From an uncultured Thermoplasmatales archaeon (GTDB lineage Archaea > Thermoplasmatota > SW-10-69-26): 64,000 nucleotides of DNA. Of this stretch, positions 61,101 through 64,000 are shown one piece after another. Position numbers and translations under genes: made by a program. Under the pieces are notes generated by a model. It worked only from the letters and a program-made list of their open reading frames with translations. It had not been told where the DNA came from and made no database searches. Location: the NCBI GenBank assembly GCA_964396185.1, contig CAYNEI010000006.1, positions 11,081 to 75,080 of the forward strand, read 5' to 3'. The first letter of the stretch is position 1; each line of letters begins with the position of its first letter.

Positions 61101-64000
61101 ATCCGGGATCTGGGCACGGACAACCTCGTCCGGATCAACCCGTTCCTCACGCCCGACGGCGAGCTCAAGGGCTGCGAGATCCCCACCGAGCCTGGCGTGG
61201 TGCACAACGCGGCCACTGGCGATGCGTTCTTCTCCATCCAGGACGCCATCGATGCGGCCAGCCAGGACGACACGCTGCTGGTCGGGCCAGGGGCCTACCA
61301 TGAAGCCCTCACCGTCAACACGCACGGGCTCACGATCTGCCAGGCCGACGAGGCCACGGCCACTTGCGGGTCAGACCCTGCAGACGTCGTCGTGGATGCC
61401 ATGGGCACCTCCGACTACACGGTGAGCGTGCGCGGCCTCGACGTGACCCTCCAGGGCATCACCCTCAAGAACACAGGCCTCGAAGGCAACGGTGGCGCGG
61501 TCAAGCTCGAGCGCGACAGCACGGTCCTCGATCGCGTCCACATCGAGCTCGAGGGCCAGCAGGGCAACCTGGTCACAGGGATCGAGGTCAAGGGTGTGGC
61601 CGACGACGCCCTCATCCTGAACAGCGAGCTGCGCGGCCTGCCCGCCGGGCCAGAGGACCGTGGCGCGCGACCGAACAACGGCATCCACGGGGAGCTCACA
61701 GGTGTCACGATCCAAGGGACCCTGTTCCAGGGCTGGGGATCCAACGCGGTCTTCCCAAGCGCCGGCACCCAGGGCATCTCCATCCTCGACAACACGTTCC
61801 GCGCGGTGGGCACCGGCGTGCTCCTGTGCGAGAGCATGGATGATCCCGTGGTCAACGGGAACACGTTCACCGACTCGATCCGGGGCATCCTGCTCTGCGG
61901 GATCCCCGGCCCCGGTGGCGAGATCAACCTCCGCGGGAACACGTTCGCACCCTCGGTCACAACCGCCCTGGGGCTCGATGGCCGCACGCATGAACTGCAC
62001 GTGGACGTTCGCCTCAGCGACTGGGGCGTGAACCACCACAGGCTCATCGACCAGCGCGTGGACGACCAGGGCACGGACAACACCGTGCTCCAGATCCCGT
62101 TCCTGACAGGCGACGGCAGCCCGGAGCCGCCGCTTGTGCGCATCGAGGGCAACGCGCCGAGCTTCCTCTCCATCCAGGAAGCCATCGAGGCTGCTGAGCC
62201 CGGCGCTCGCATCCTGGTGGGTGCCAGCGCGTCGCCGGCCGACCCCACGCCGCGACCTGAGAGCCTCACCCTCTCCACCGAGGACATCGAGGTCTGCGGC
62301 ACCGTGGCCGGCGGACCCATCTGCGCCAGCGACATCGGGACAGGCCACCAGGAGCTCTCCCGAGCCGAGTGGGCCGATGCGCCCGGTCTCGGCGCTGGCG
62401 AGGCGGTGCTCTTCGACAACGCAGGCACGCCCGACCACCGATCCACCAGCCTCTTCCCACCGGATGGCGCGACGATCGAGGACATCGACCGGTTCGCCTT
62501 CGACCTCTACCTCGCCGAAGGCGATTGCAGCGAGATGGACCTGGGCGGGCTCGTGGCCATCGACGAGACCCCCGGGGACGACAGCCATGACCGCGACCGG
62601 CTCGTGGAGATCACGCCTGATCTCGCGGACTGCGTCGAGGGCGAGTGGTTCCACGTCGACTTCTTCGACGAGGATACGCGGTGGAACTTCGCAGGCGACA
62701 CCACGCGCGCTCAGGCCATCGCGAGCATCAACGAGCGGTACCCCAGCGGCGGGTACGAGGTCTCTGCTGTGAACCTGGTCCAGACCGACGGGGCCACGGT
62801 AAGCTACGTGGACAACCAGGTCATCGGCGACACCGTCCTCGGCGAGCGCCAAGACACCACGTGCTTCGTCACCGCTGATACGGCGTGCCGGCAGGACACA
62901 GCCCTTGACCGAACCATCGTGGATGCGACCTCTGTGGCTGATCGCGTGGTCCGGATGGGCGCACGGGGCACCAGCGTGGAGGGGCTCACCCTGCGCTGGA
63001 GCGGGGACGAGGGCGGGGCACTCGCGACGCGGGACAACACGCTCATCGGCGTGCACATCGCAGCCGACGATGTCACGGTGGAAGGCAACCAGATCCGCGT
63101 CGGCAACGTCGACGCCTTCGACTTCGCGCATGGCGTGAAGATCGACAGCGTCGCCGGTGCCAAGGTCCTGGACAACGAGATCCGCGCGGTGCTGGCCGGC
63201 ACAGACCAGCCCGCCGTCCAGACCAATTCCGGCATCATCACGTACAACACCCAGGGCCTTGAGATCCGGGGCAACACCATCACCGGGTGGGTCTCTCATG
63301 GCGGGTTCATCAACACCGACAAGGCGCCGGTGATCGCCGATAACACCTTCGCGGAGAACCAGCGCGGCCTGAGCATCTGCAACAACGAGGACCCCCACCT
63401 GGAAGGCAACCTGTTCACCGGCAACCTGCAGGCCATCTGGTTCTGCGGCTCGCCTGTGGACGCCGACAACGACGGGGCTGGTGCGACCCTCCGCGCGAAC
63501 ACCTTCGGCCTCGACGCTGATCCAGGAACCCTCGTCTTGGACGGCAACGTCCAGGACGCCGTCATCGACGCCCAGTTCAACGACTGGGGGGTCTACAAGT
63601 GCACGCTCATCGAGGCCCGCATCAACGATGCAGGCAGCGGCAACGAGGTCGACTTCACGCCGTACCTCGACGAGTTGGGTGAGGCTCGCTTCGGCTGCGA
63701 GGAGCGAAGCGAGGATGGGGACGTCTTCGTCAACGGGGCCGAGTGGGCCTCGGCCTCCGATCCAGCCGACACGGCCTCCAACCCCGTCACCCAGGCCACC
63801 AGTCCCGTGGTCAACCCCGGCTTCGAGGCCGGCATCAGCGGTTGGCTCCCGTTGGACAACGCCCCTGGCCAGGCCCCGAGCTTGGCCGAGCACGAGATCG
63901 TGGAAGGACCCACCGGCAAGGCGTTCGCCTTGGTCAGCGACGGGAGCGGGGAGACCCGCGTCGAGCAGCGCTTCGACGTCACCGGCGCTGGCCTCCCGGT
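58137..64000 (+). CDS. Giant secreted/surface protein with right-handed parallel beta-helix (pectin-lyase/NosD-like) modules, 3'-truncated by the window edge
   Basis: GGAGG + ATG 58137; signal IGLVALLALATLAILVIAAAPASA; IQDAIDAA..GDTI.I..GVY.E module heads; many I.GNT(F/I) repeats. The frame is consistent at all positions checked through 64000, and the ORF track lists nothing in this frame, as expected for an ORF with no stop in the window. Confidence 0.85.
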   Translation, partial: MTHPGGQEDIQDAGSPARAQRIGLVALLALATLAILVIAAAPASADTVSVCQDESCDHETIQDAIDAAAPGDTILIGTGVYNEAIQVDKDELTLCQADEAFTQCGSQPGAVVIDPLGKALYPVFIGDLQAPVSDIVLQGVTVQNPLYDTADQDFGTVDPSLVVIYGDRVTLRNAILQAAAAPLAPGESRWHTTGVNIGHTLDGAEDPSDDIVIEDVVIRDLPASQGADKTVCPAAPCRTTAINNWGGGDGFTVRDTLIDLGGGGCDPAEAPDGHCRTTGATLGIHGSGNTDTLIENTRIDGGPTGADATLGAGDGIRGHFPDSTIRDNVLTGWARHGAIVWGAGLTVEANTLQFNGDGLKTCDDHPAIIQDNTIEHATFAAIAITECGGGDEPVFRGNQMGPTNTFALRIESSVVGETFDARLNDWGVVGREAIAERIQDHGQANAVLQVPYLDAAGQAHPPLPAVHCFVDTDGDEAPDRLHLAGHAMDLQAAVDVDLTTLDPDCREGHRTLVLSEDAEAYRGAVIDKKVSLFSQATGRMNTLTDGAASGGARILAEPGAPALTFLPGSDATNPDLPGRDGSFVDGLALELAPGATGILADGLDTDGPSVAITNTRLLAGLDAHATTGVLARNGGGPTLDSNTLLGIERPIIYDATTGGAIVSNHIEANEDVPGLGRTSQGLLLQDTTDALVSGNTIDVNGHPAWTGATIRGGAEATLEDNTITRGTLGIKATGTSNVQLEANTVLVSKLAIDLSGVEGATVTDNRLEGSGFQINPATPSFGVHVHDATSDWAITGNALSNWDFAAINVASDAGPGGTIDANTLTGTWRFGVLIGQADDVSITANDFTGSGLNAINLEQSTGTLVEGNTIRLDLAPGFGAPNALDTPEACGEEPTEDCIGEPAAGLWIQGAQDAVVRANSFAGSVDAVAITTFFHTEPPVQPSLDEMSDNRLLSTADSLRIGEDVQELDLDARSNDWGAYECAAIRERIRDLGTDNLVRINPFLTPDGELKGCEIPTEPGVVHNAATGDAFFSIQDAIDAASQDDTLLVGPGAYHEALTVNTHGLTICQADEATATCGSDPADVVVDAMGTSDYTVSVRGLDVTLQGITLKNTGLEGNGGAVKLERDSTVLDRVHIELEGQQGNLVTGIEVKGVADDALILNSELRGLPAGPEDRGARPNNGIHGELTGVTIQGTLFQGWGSNAVFPSAGTQGISILDNTFRAVGTGVLLCESMDDPVVNGNTFTDSIRGILLCGIPGPGGEINLRGNTFAPSVTTALGLDGRTHELHVDVRLSDWGVNHHRLIDQRVDDQGTDNTVLQIPFLTGDGSPEPPLVRIEGNAPSFLSIQEAIEAAEPGARILVGASASPADPTPRPESLTLSTEDIEVCGTVAGGPICASDIGTGHQELSRAEWADAPGLGAGEAVLFDNAGTPDHRSTSLFPPDGATIEDIDRFAFDLYLAEGDCSEMDLGGLVAIDETPGDDSHDRDRLVEITPDLADCVEGEWFHVDFFDEDTRWNFAGDTTRAQAIASINERYPSGGYEVSAVNLVQTDGATVSYVDNQVIGDTVLGERQDTTCFVTADTACRQDTALDRTIVDATSVADRVVRMGARGTSVEGLTLRWSGDEGGALATRDNTLIGVHIAADDVTVEGNQIRVGNVDAFDFAHGVKIDSVAGAKVLDNEIRAVLAGTDQPAVQTNSGIITYNTQGLEIRGNTITGWVSHGGFINTDKAPVIADNTFAENQRGLSICNNEDPHLEGNLFTGNLQAIWFCGSPVDADNDGAGATLRANTFGLDADPGTLVLDGNVQDAVIDAQFNDWGVYKCTLIEARINDAGSGNEVDFTPYLDELGEARFGCEERSEDGDVFVNGAEWASASDPADTASNPVTQATSPVVNPGFEAGISGWLPLDNAPGQAPSLAEHEIVEGPTGKAFALVSDGSGETRVEQRFDVTGAGLP

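Noticed and set aside
58224-63893. Long minus-strand ORFs (456, 565 and 840 aa)
   Set aside because: Antisense to the giant plus-strand ORF, which has a signal peptide and recognisable repeats.

Overview
High-GC archaeal chromosomal window. Archaeal markers are EF-1alpha, the PINA ATPase, TrmB and TATA-type promoters; a Thermoplasmatota-like origin is inferred, not proven. From left to right: (1) the 3' part of an S8 peptidase; (2) a six-gene translationally coupled operon (1634-12674) with four paralogous beta-propeller/PKD/single-TM/cytoplasmic-tail proteins, a serine hydrolase and a lipoprotein; (3) two back-to-back toxin-antitoxin modules; (4) a mixed region of metabolic genes, secreted lipoproteins and DNA-maintenance genes (PINA, EVE, SMUG1-type UDG, uvrC, uvrA, uvrB); (5) purU, a CDGSH protein and a stand-alone EF-1alpha; (6) a cluster of uncharacterised secreted proteins ending in a >1950-aa beta-helix surface protein that runs off the window. 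The most unusual signal is a family of intergenic palindromic elements built from 3-4 tandem CRCRRAG-type heptamers per arm. Copies differ in sequence but each complete copy is self-complementary. They lie at boundaries of genes that interrupt a uvrB-uvrA-uvrC series. No tRNA, rRNA, CRISPR array, transposase or integrase was recognised.
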